Source of the DNA: an uncultured Pelagibacteraceae bacterium
GTDB taxonomy: Bacteria; Pseudomonadota; Alphaproteobacteria; Pelagibacterales; Pelagibacteraceae
Assembly (NCBI GenBank): GCA_902582845.1
Contig: CACHTQ010000001.1
Coordinates: 61,059 to 125,058, forward strand
DNA: 64,000 nucleotides
Direction of reading: 5' to 3'
The translations under genes and the position numbers were made by a program. Below the pieces are notes generated by a model. It was given only the letters and a program-made list of their open reading frames with translations. It searched no databases and was not told the DNA's origin. This document shows positions 54,233 through 62,642 of the stretch, piece after piece. The first letter of the stretch is position 1. Each line of letters begins with the position of its first letter.

Positions 54233-55481
54233 TAGCTCTCTTTCCAATTAATCTAAAATAAATAACCATAAAACTAAGAAGTAACATGACAATGACTATT
54301 GAAACTGCAGAGCCCATCCCAATATCTGATACAGCAAACCCTTGCTGATAAACATTAATGGGTAAAGTTCTTGTACCTGATGCCCCACCTGTTAATAAAA
54401 AGATATCTTCAAATTTATTAAAGTTCCAAATAAACCTAATCATAAATAAAATCGAAATGATGGCTGTAATTTGTGGCAATGTAATATGGATAAATTTTTG
54501 GATTGGACTTGCTCCATCAACCTCCGCAGCTTCATACAAACTCTGTGGTATCGCTTGTAATCTTGCTAAAACAAAAAGGAAAACGAGTGGAAAATAGCGC
54601 CAAATTTCAAAAAATATAACCGTTGTTAAAGCCAACCTTAACTTAAATTCAAATCCTAAAATACTTATAGTTATATATTTTTGGCCTAATAAATTTATTG
54701 GTTGTTCTATGATATTAAAATTAACTAATAATGCATTTAAAGTTCCACTATTAGGATCTAACAATAAAGTCCAAGTATATGCTAAAGCAACCACAGGACC
54801 CACATACGGAAAGAGTAAAATACCACGCATATATATTCGACCTTGCATATTTTGATTGACTAATTGTGCTGCTAAAATTCCGAAAATGATTGCACCTACT
54901 GTTCCAAAAAAAGTGAAGTAAAATGTCGTTAAAAGTAATTCAACAAAATTATTTTCATAAAATACTTTTTTAAAATTTTCTAAAGTGAAATTAGTAGTCA
55001 ATAATGGATTATCTGCTTTCCCACTTAAAATTGGTTTTTGGGATTTGATTATTTTTTTGTCAATTATTTCACCATTGTTATTCTGTATAGTTATCTCAAA
55101 ATTTTCTCTAAATTTTGCCTGCCAATTTCCAAAATTGCAAACAACTTTTTTAGATTGAAAATTGCATCTTGGGTCTAAATTGATCGGTGAAACATTTGTT
55201 GGAAATTTATCTTGAAATTGAACATTTCTTATTTCTTGAATTAAAGAACTATTTCGTAATTTATAAATAATTTTTAATTCTGATTGATTTTCTGAAATTG
55301 ATTTAACAATTTTCTTTGCCCTTGGTTCAGGAATTCTAATATCTTTTAATTCAATGTCCTTAAAACTGATCCAAACATTTGCAAATATAGGAAATAATAC
55401 GATGGCAAAAACTAATAGAACTGCAGGTAAAACTAAAGTGTAAGCAGTTCTTTTTTCTAATTTTGATAATGAATCACTCAT
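54222..55481 (-). CDS. Carbohydrate ABC transporter permease (MalF-like) with periplasmic insertion
   Basis: LQAIPQSLYEAAEVDGA, ITLPQ, LLTGG; ~125 aa soluble insert after TM1. Confidence 0.92.
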   Translation of the reverse strand: MSDSLSKLEKRTAYTLVLPAVLLVFAIVLFPIFANVWISFKDIELKDIRIPEPRAKKIVKSISENQSELKIIYKLRNSSLIQEIRNVQFQDKFPTNVSPINLDPRCNFQSKKVVCNFGNWQAKFRENFEITIQNNNGEIIDKKIIKSQKPILSGKADNPLLTTNFTLENFKKVFYENNFVELLLTTFYFTFFGTVGAIIFGILAAQLVNQNMQGRIYMRGILLFPYVGPVVALAYTWTLLLDPNSGTLNALLVNFNIIEQPINLLGQKYITISILGFEFKLRLALTTVIFFEIWRYFPLVFLFVLARLQAIPQSLYEAAEVDGASPIQKFIHITLPQITAIISILFMIRFIWNFNKFEDIFLLTGGASGTRTLPINVYQQGFAVSDIGMGSAVSIVIVMLLLSFMVIYFRLIGKRANEV

Positions 55482-55489
55482 AAATAAAA

Positions 55490-55514
55490 AGCGGATAATA
55501 AAATATTATCCGCT
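55490..55514 (-). terminator. Stem-loop after the solute-binding protein gene (terminator or mRNA stabiliser)
   Basis: AGCGGATAATA-AAA-TATTATCCGCT perfect 11-bp inverted repeat followed by a T run on the minus strand. Confidence 0.8.
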
Positions 55515-55531
55515 CTTTATAAATTTATTAT

Positions 55532-56860
55532 TTAAAACTTAGCCAATTCAGCGTTAATCTTAGCTACCGCTTCATCAACTGAGATTTGATCATCAATATA
55601 TTCTCTAGTGATTCTGTTTAAGAATTGAGAATTAATAATTTTTGATGCTCGAGATAGTTCACCCTCTTTAACACCCCATCTGTTTGCAGTATCTAAACCT
55701 GCAACGATGTTATCAATAACATCCGCAGAATAAAGATCTGTTAAAGGAGCTTTTCTGTCAACACCTACTGGTAATTTACTCCACGCTTTAGTATAAGCAC
55801 TAGGATCACTCTTATTTCCTCTTCTTACTGGAAATTTTCCTTCTGGAGCAATTCCTAATGTAGCTGTATACCCTTCACTCATAGAGTACTCTATGAATTT
55901 TTTAGCTTCATCAGTATCTGCATCCGCAGTAATACCAAAATATCTTACATCAGCCCAAGCAGCGCCTTTTCTATTGTTCGGTCCACTAAAATTTGTAATG
56001 AAACCAGTTTTAGAGGCTAATTCTGGAGATGTTGGATCGCTATTTATTGTTGGCGGAGCAGAGTCTCTTAAGCCTGCTAACTCGTCCATAATAAATGGTG
56101 ACCAAATTATCATTGGCGTTTTTCCAGCAAAATACAAAGCTCTAGATTGTTTCCAGAATAATTCTCCTGGAGGACTTGCTTTAGCAATTACTTTATAAAA
56201 TTCTAAAGAATTCTTTAAAGCTTTACCTTGCTTTTTAGTTCCACCCTTTTTTACAAAATTCACTCCATTAGCTAAAAGTACATGTTCAAGTACTTGACTC
56301 ATAAAGTTTTCATCTGTTTTAGTGGCGGCAACAAAACCAAACATATCATTGCTTGATAATGCATTCACTGCTTTAACTATGTTTGCATATGAAGTTGGTG
56401 GCTCTAAACCAGCTGCAGCAAACAAGTCTTTTCTATAAACAACCATTTGCGTCCAACCATCAACTGGAACAGCTGCAATTTTTCCACCCTTCTTAGCCAT
56501 ATTTAATGCGCCTGGTGCAAATGTTTTCTTACCTAACGACTTAACCACAGCATTATTTGCATCAACATCTAATATGCCTGCTTCGGCCCATGGTAAAACA
56601 TATTGCAAGGTATGATAAATCACATCTGGAAGATCTCCTGCTGCTGCTGCTGCAGTAGCTCTTGTTCCAAGATCTTTTTCTTCAATTGGTATAACTTCAA
56701 CTTTAATACCTGTTTTAGCTTCAAAAGCTTTAGCCATCTCCTCTTGCTTTGCCATTCTTGCAGGCTGGACCTCTGTAGTCCAAAATTTAATATCTGCAAA
56801 ACTAGTATTTGAAATTAAAAAAACTAGAACAGATATTTTTATTATCATTTTTTTAAACAT
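55532..56860 (-). CDS. Carbohydrate ABC transporter solute-binding protein (family 1)
   Basis: Signal peptide, FEAKTGIKVEV, AAGDLPDV, YRKDLF; RBS GAGGGG. Confidence 0.92.
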   Translation of the reverse strand: MFKKMIIKISVLVFLISNTSFADIKFWTTEVQPARMAKQEEMAKAFEAKTGIKVEVIPIEEKDLGTRATAAAAAGDLPDVIYHTLQYVLPWAEAGILDVDANNAVVKSLGKKTFAPGALNMAKKGGKIAAVPVDGWTQMVVYRKDLFAAAGLEPPTSYANIVKAVNALSSNDMFGFVAATKTDENFMSQVLEHVLLANGVNFVKKGGTKKQGKALKNSLEFYKVIAKASPPGELFWKQSRALYFAGKTPMIIWSPFIMDELAGLRDSAPPTINSDPTSPELASKTGFITNFSGPNNRKGAAWADVRYFGITADADTDEAKKFIEYSMSEGYTATLGIAPEGKFPVRRGNKSDPSAYTKAWSKLPVGVDRKAPLTDLYSADVIDNIVAGLDTANRWGVKEGELSRASKIINSQFLNRITREYIDDQISVDEAVAKINAELAKF

Positions 56861-56988
56861 ATTCCCCTCTTTCTTTTCTATAACTCAAAATATCCCTCTA
56901 TATCTCAGTTTATTATTGCTATAAATTTAGCAGTGTAATAAATTTTTCTCAACAATTAATGAGTAGTTAAAATCCTCTAAAATTGCAA

Positions 56989-58041
56989 ATGTCGAAAATT
57001 GTTATTAAAAATCTGGAAAAATCTTTTGGTGATAATAAAGTTATTAACAAATTTAACATAAATATAAAGGATGGTGAATTTATAGTTTTGGTAGGCCCGT
57101 CAGGCTGTGGAAAATCAACTTTAATAAGAATGGTTTCAGGATTAGAAAGTATCGATCAAGGAGAAATATTTTTAGATACAAAATTAATTAATAATTTAAT
57201 TCCTTCTAAGCGTGAAATTGCAATGGTCTTTCAATCTTATGCTTTATATCCGCATATGAATGTTTTTGAAAATATGTCATTTGGTTTAAAAATGGAGAAA
57301 ATTCCAAAAAATGAAATTAAAGAAAAAGTTTATAATGCAGCTGCTATACTTCAAATTGAGGATTTACTAAATAGAAAACCTAAACAACTTTCAGGTGGAC
57401 AAAGACAAAGAGTTGCAATTGGTAGGGCAATTACAAGAAATCCAAAAGTATTTTTGTTTGATGAACCATTATCTAATTTAGATGCAGCTTTAAGATCTGA
57501 AATGAGAGTTGAAATTTCAAAATTACACAGAAAATTAAAATCAAATATAATTTACGTAACACACGATCAAATAGAGGCGATGACACTAGCTGATAGGATT
57601 GTGGTTCTAAATAAAGGAATTATTGAACAGTTTGGAACACCGAATGAAATTTATAATGATCCCAATAACATTTTTGTTGCGGAATTTATTGGTTCCCCAA
57701 AAATGAATATTATTAAAATTAATAAAGAACAGATTATTAATTCAAATACAATAAATTTATTTAAAAATAAAATTACTTTTGAGAATTTTAATTTTAAAGA
57801 TGAGATTTATCTTGGTATCAGGCCCGAAGATATAAGTATTAACAAAAATCATGAAGTCCAATTAGAGGTAAAAATAGAACATACAGAGAATTTAGGATTT
57901 GAAAAAATTATTCATACCAAACTATCTGACGCTAATATTATAATTAAATCTTCAGAAAATATGAAAAAAGGATCACTGAAGATTTCTTTTGCCAAAAATA
58001 AAGTGTTATTTTTTGACAAATCTAAAAATAGGATGAGATAG
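56989..58041 (+). CDS. Carbohydrate ABC transporter ATP-binding protein (MalK/UgpC-like)
   Basis: GPSGCGKST, FQSYALYPHM, LSGGQRQRVA, DEPLSNLD, VTHDQ. Confidence 0.95.
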   Translation: MSKIVIKNLEKSFGDNKVINKFNINIKDGEFIVLVGPSGCGKSTLIRMVSGLESIDQGEIFLDTKLINNLIPSKREIAMVFQSYALYPHMNVFENMSFGLKMEKIPKNEIKEKVYNAAAILQIEDLLNRKPKQLSGGQRQRVAIGRAITRNPKVFLFDEPLSNLDAALRSEMRVEISKLHRKLKSNIIYVTHDQIEAMTLADRIVVLNKGIIEQFGTPNEIYNDPNNIFVAEFIGSPKMNIIKINKEQIINSNTINLFKNKITFENFNFKDEIYLGIRPEDISINKNHEVQLEVKIEHTENLGFEKIIHTKLSDANIIIKSSENMKKGSLKISFAKNKVLFFDKSKNRMR

Positions 58042-58046
58042 ATCAA

Positions 58047-58847
58047 TTGAAAAAAAAATTTACAGTTGTAATTTTTACTGATTTAGACGGATCTCTTTTG
58101 CATAGAGATACCTTTAAATTCGATACTATTAAAGATTATATAAAAAGTCTTGTAAGTAAGGGGGTAATCATTATTCCAAACTCTAGCAAAACAGAAAAAG
58201 AAATTGAAAAATTTAATGAGGAGCTTGGAGTAGATCTTCCTTTTATATCAGAAAATGGATCATCTATTCATGGATTAAATTTAATTACCTCTAATTTTCC
58301 GGATAAACTTGTTCTCAGTAGAGAAAAAGAAGAGCTAATTGAGATTTTTGAAAATAAAGTTCCTGAAAAGATAAAAGAAAAATGTTTTCAAATTTCAAAA
58401 ATTAGTAAAAAAGAGCAAGAGAATATATTGGGTCAAAAGGATATAAAACTCAAAGATGCTTTAAATAGAAAGTATACTTTACCTTTTTTATTTAAAGGAA
58501 ACAAAGGTGAGAAAAATAAATTATTAAAAGTTTTAAATTCCAATTCATTAACGCTTCAAGAAGGTGGCCGTGTTTTAAACCTTTGTGATAATATTAACAA
58601 AGTTAAATCAATGAATAGAGTTATAAAAATTTTAAAAAAAACTGAGGAAAAAATTAAGACAATTGCAGTTGGCGACAATTACAACGATCTAGATATGTTA
58701 AAAAATTGTGACATCCCTTGTTTAGTATTCAATGATCAATTTATTCAAGACCAAATAAACATTGATAATCTTATATTTTCAAACAAGCCATCACCTGAAG
58801 GCTGGGCTGATGTGATCAAAACGGCACTACTTAAATTGAACTATTAG
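58047..58847 (+). CDS. HAD-IIB phosphatase, glucosyl/mannosyl-3-phosphoglycerate phosphatase (GpgP/MpgP-like)
   Basis: FTDLDGSLL, SSKT, FISENG, GGR, GDNYNDLDML, PEGW; next to gpgS-like gene. Confidence 0.85.
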   Translation: MKKKFTVVIFTDLDGSLLHRDTFKFDTIKDYIKSLVSKGVIIIPNSSKTEKEIEKFNEELGVDLPFISENGSSIHGLNLITSNFPDKLVLSREKEELIEIFENKVPEKIKEKCFQISKISKKEQENILGQKDIKLKDALNRKYTLPFLFKGNKGEKNKLLKVLNSNSLTLQEGGRVLNLCDNINKVKSMNRVIKILKKTEEKIKTIAVGDNYNDLDMLKNCDIPCLVFNDQFIQDQINIDNLIFSNKPSPEGWADVIKTALLKLNY

Positions 58848-58861
58848 GATAAAAACCCGCC

Positions 58862-60082
58862 ATGGGTGACTTTTCACAAAATGGAATAATCTCAACTTTA
58901 CATGACTTTGGAACTAAATCCACATCAGTCATAGAAAGTGAATTGTCAAAATTTTCCGAACAAAGAAAAATGGAATTGATTTTACCATGTCTTTATTCTG
59001 AATTGGAGGGAGAAGCTTTACCAAAAATTGTTGATGAAATAAGTAAAACCAAATATTTAGATCATATAATTATTGGTTTAGATAAAGCAAATGAAGTTCA
59101 AGCAAAAAAAGCTTGGAAATTTTTTAAAAAATTAAAAACCCCCTTTTCCATTCTTTGGAATGATGGTCCAGCTTTAAAAAAACTTGATCAAGAATTAAAA
59201 AAAAATAATCTTGCTCCTAGTGAACTAGGTAAAGGAAGAAATGTTTGGTATTGCATAGGCATGTGTATTGCAAGAGACAGTGCTCGTTCTGTTGCTTTGC
59301 ATGACTGTGATATAAAGACTTATGATAGAAGAATGCTTGCAAAACTTTTTTATCCGGTTGTAAATCCTCTTTTCAACTTTGAGTTTTGTAAGGGGTACTA
59401 TCCAAGGGTGGCCAATAACAAAATGAATGGTAGAGTTGCAAGATTACTTGTTTTTCCATTATTAACAGCTTTAGAGAAAACGATTGGTAAAAGTGATTAC
59501 TTAAACTTTATGAAATCATTTAAATACCCTTTAGCTGGAGAGTTTTCATTTAGAAGAAATGTTTTACCAGAGTTAAGAATTTCATCTGATTGGGGAATTG
59601 AAGTAGGAATTTTATCTGAAATGCAAAGAAGTTTCTCGCCCCAAAATATTTGCCAGGTTGATTTAGCTGATACCTACGATCATAAACATCAAGTTTTATC
59701 TTTAGATGATGAAACTAAAGGACTATCCAGAATGTCTATAGATATAATTAAAACATTCATTAAGAAATTAGCTACTCAAGGTAATACCTTTAGTAGAGAA
59801 AAATTTAGATCATTGAAAGCGACATATTATAGATCTGCCTTAGATCTAATTGATATTTATAGAAGTGATGCAGCAATGAATGGTCTAGAATTGGACTCAC
59901 ACACGGAGGAAAAAGCTGTTGAATTATTTGCAATAAATATAATGAAAGCTGGAGAAGCATTTATCCAAAATCCAATGGATACACCTTTTATACCTACATG
60001 GAGCAGAGTGAAAAGTGCAATACCAGATTTTCTTGGAAGACTTGAAAAAGTAGTTAATGATGATAATAAAAAACATTCTTAA
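58862..60082 (+). CDS. Glucosyl-3-phosphoglycerate synthase-like glycosyltransferase
   Basis: DFSQNGIISTLHD, GKGRNVW, HDCDI, KGYYPR, GRVARL, YPLAGEF, DWGIEVG, YDHKHQ (GpgS-type GT-A motifs). Confidence 0.8.
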   Translation: MGDFSQNGIISTLHDFGTKSTSVIESELSKFSEQRKMELILPCLYSELEGEALPKIVDEISKTKYLDHIIIGLDKANEVQAKKAWKFFKKLKTPFSILWNDGPALKKLDQELKKNNLAPSELGKGRNVWYCIGMCIARDSARSVALHDCDIKTYDRRMLAKLFYPVVNPLFNFEFCKGYYPRVANNKMNGRVARLLVFPLLTALEKTIGKSDYLNFMKSFKYPLAGEFSFRRNVLPELRISSDWGIEVGILSEMQRSFSPQNICQVDLADTYDHKHQVLSLDDETKGLSRMSIDIIKTFIKKLATQGNTFSREKFRSLKATYYRSALDLIDIYRSDAAMNGLELDSHTEEKAVELFAINIMKAGEAFIQNPMDTPFIPTWSRVKSAIPDFLGRLEKVVNDDNKKHS

Positions 60083-61806
60083 TGCTATTTCAAAAAAACC
60101 AAAAAAAAATTAGTTCTATACTAAGGACTATTTACAAACCCTCTTTAAATGAAAGAGGTATTGATCATTTAAAAGATCAAATAATACAAATAATCAAAAA
60201 ATTTAATCAAAATAATTCAAAAAAAAAACTTACTATCTCAGAAAAAACTTCATTAGTAATATGTTATGGCGATAACATAAATTCAAATCAAAAAAGTTCT
60301 ATTCAAGTTTTTCAAAATTTTTTTAAAAAAAATTTAAATAAATACTTTAATGCTATTCATTTTTTACCTTTCTATCCTTCCAGTAGTGATAGTGGTTTTG
60401 CTGTAAAAGATCATTATAAGATTGAAAGAAGAATAGGTAGTTGGTCCGATATAAAAAAGATTTCAAAATCTAATCATGTGATGGCCGATATTGTAATTAA
60501 TCACTCATCAGCTAGAGGTTTGTGGTTTAAAAATTTTCTTAAAAAAAAAAGACCTGGCAAAGATTATTTTTTAACTGTTAATTCTAAATTTAATACATCA
60601 AAAGTGGTAAGACCAAGAGATCATAAACTATTAAAAAAAATAGATATCTTTAGAAAATCCGATTATTTATGGCGAACTTTTAGTGCTGATCAAATAGACT
60701 TGGATTTTAAGAATCCATCAGTGCTTCTTAGATTTATTAAAATCATGGTTCACCTCGTTAGTAATGGTGTCACGATTTTTAGATTAGATGCAATTGCTTA
60801 TCTTTGGAAAAAAAATGGTACCAACTGTATAAATTTAAAACAAACTCATGAAATAGTAAAACTACTTAGACTTATTAGTAATCTATTGAACGTTGAAACT
60901 ATAATCATTACAGAAACAAATTTGCCAGAAAAAGAAAATTTAAGTTATTTTGGTAAAAACGATGAAGCTAACTGGATTTATAATTTTTCTCTTCCGCCCT
61001 TATTAATCCATGCTTTTTTATTTGAAAATAGTTCTTATCTCAAAAAATGGAGTAAAAAACTCCCCAATACTAAATTCCAGAATAGTTATTTAAATTTCAT
61101 TGCATCACATGACGGTATTGGCATAAGGCCTACAGAAGGAATATTGAACGAAAAATCACTAAATAATTTTCTTAAAAGATTAAAAAAAAATGGATCAAAA
61201 TTTTCGTATAGAAAAGTTCAAAATAAATCTAGAAAAGTTTATGAAGCTAACATCACTGTTTTTGATGCATTAAAAAAATCAGATACTGATCCTAATGGAA
61301 AATTTTTTTTAGAGCGATATATTGCAGCTCATGCAATAATGATTTCGTTTGAGGGTATTCCAGCTATTTATTTCAACTCTTTATTTGGCAAGTCTAATGA
61401 TGAAGCTAAATATGTAATCACTGGAAATAATAGAGACATTAATAGATATAAATGGAGTTATGAAAATATTACAAAAAAATTAAAAGATAAAAACTCTAAA
61501 CAAAGTATTTTTTATCAAAATCTTGGAAAATTATTAGAAACAAGGAGAAAACAAAAGGCGTTTCATCCTAATGCTAAAAGATTAAATATCAATCTAGGGT
61601 CTAAAATTTTTTGTTATGAAAGAATTAGTTTAGATAAAAAACAATCTATAATCTGTATCACAAATCTTTCTACTAAATTACAATATATTAAAATTAACAA
61701 AAATTTAAATAAATATAGAGATTTACTTGGTGGAAAAATTTTTTTTACACTTGATAAAAAAATTAAACTAGATCCTTGTCAAACAATCTGGTTATCTAAT
61801 AGATAA
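60082..61806 (+). CDS. GH13_18 sucrose-phosphorylase family, probable glucosylglycerate phosphorylase
   Basis: HFLPFYPSSSDSGF, WRTFSADQIDL, RLDAIAYLWK, ITETN, ASHDGIG, YEANIT. Confidence 0.85.
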   Translation: MLFQKNQKKISSILRTIYKPSLNERGIDHLKDQIIQIIKKFNQNNSKKKLTISEKTSLVICYGDNINSNQKSSIQVFQNFFKKNLNKYFNAIHFLPFYPSSSDSGFAVKDHYKIERRIGSWSDIKKISKSNHVMADIVINHSSARGLWFKNFLKKKRPGKDYFLTVNSKFNTSKVVRPRDHKLLKKIDIFRKSDYLWRTFSADQIDLDFKNPSVLLRFIKIMVHLVSNGVTIFRLDAIAYLWKKNGTNCINLKQTHEIVKLLRLISNLLNVETIIITETNLPEKENLSYFGKNDEANWIYNFSLPPLLIHAFLFENSSYLKKWSKKLPNTKFQNSYLNFIASHDGIGIRPTEGILNEKSLNNFLKRLKKNGSKFSYRKVQNKSRKVYEANITVFDALKKSDTDPNGKFFLERYIAAHAIMISFEGIPAIYFNSLFGKSNDEAKYVITGNNRDINRYKWSYENITKKLKDKNSKQSIFYQNLGKLLETRRKQKAFHPNAKRLNINLGSKIFCYERISLDKKQSIICITNLSTKLQYIKINKNLNKYRDLLGGKIFFTLDKKIKLDPCQTIWLSNR

Positions 61807-61807
61807 A

Positions 61808-62533
61808 TTATTTTTCCCAATCAAATCTTGGGAAAGAGTTAAAAATTTTAAAAATACTATCTGACCATTGATTGCATACTTTTGAATATTCATCATCGGT
61901 AATATTTAAGCATTTTTGGGAAAGAATTTTATATCCATTTTTTTTATAAACCACAAAATCAATTGGTGGCCCAACAGTCAAATCACTTTTTAAAGTTGAG
62001 TCAATTGAAATTAAGGCACATCTAGAAGCATCTCCAATTGAAACATCAGGTTTAATTACTCTATCTAAAATTGGCTTACCATATTTAACCTCGCCAATTA
62101 CTAAATATGGTTTGCTGTCTGCTGGTTTGATATAATTACCCTGTGGATAAACTAAATAAAGTTCCATAGGTTGATCTTTAATTTGTCCACCGACTATAAA
62201 AGTTGATCCTAATAAAACTGTATCCGTATTAATTCCTTTTGGCATTGAATGTTCAACATTTAAGGATCCAACATAGGAAGCAATTTGATCAAAATCTTTA
62301 CAAGTATTTAAATTTATTATTCCAGACGTATCTTTTAAATCTTTTTCAATAGACTTATATACTGCTTGTGAGGTACCTAAATTTCCTGAAGTAACAATAA
62401 TTATTGTTCTATCACCAACATCATAAGTAAACATTTTAGAATAAATATTTACGTTATCTAAGCCAGCGTTCGTTCTTGAGTCTGAAGCAAAAACAAGGCC
62501 ATCGTTTGCTTTTATACCGATACAATAAGTCAT
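61808..62533 (-). CDS. Anbu proteasome-type (Ntn-hydrolase) protease
   Basis: Start MTYCIG (Thr1 after Met removal), FASDSRTNAG.D, SGNL, YPQGN, IGEVKYGKPILDR, DSTLKSDLTVGPP. Confidence 0.9.
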   Translation of the reverse strand: MTYCIGIKANDGLVFASDSRTNAGLDNVNIYSKMFTYDVGDRTIIIVTSGNLGTSQAVYKSIEKDLKDTSGIINLNTCKDFDQIASYVGSLNVEHSMPKGINTDTVLLGSTFIVGGQIKDQPMELYLVYPQGNYIKPADSKPYLVIGEVKYGKPILDRVIKPDVSIGDASRCALISIDSTLKSDLTVGPPIDFVVYKKNGYKILSQKCLNITDDEYSKVCNQWSDSIFKIFNSFPRFDWEK

Positions 62534-62642
62534 AATTTTTAAGCAATATTTATAAATTTGCTTAATGTATAATCTATTTCTTACATAACAGGTATAACAA
62601 TTATACAATTGAATTAATTAATTTTAAATTTGAAAATACTGA

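Noticed and set aside
62534-62608. 25-aa N-terminal extension (possible propeptide) of Anbu in the ORF track
   Set aside because: The conserved family start is MTYC at 62533; the extension lies in the divergent promoter region and has no supporting features
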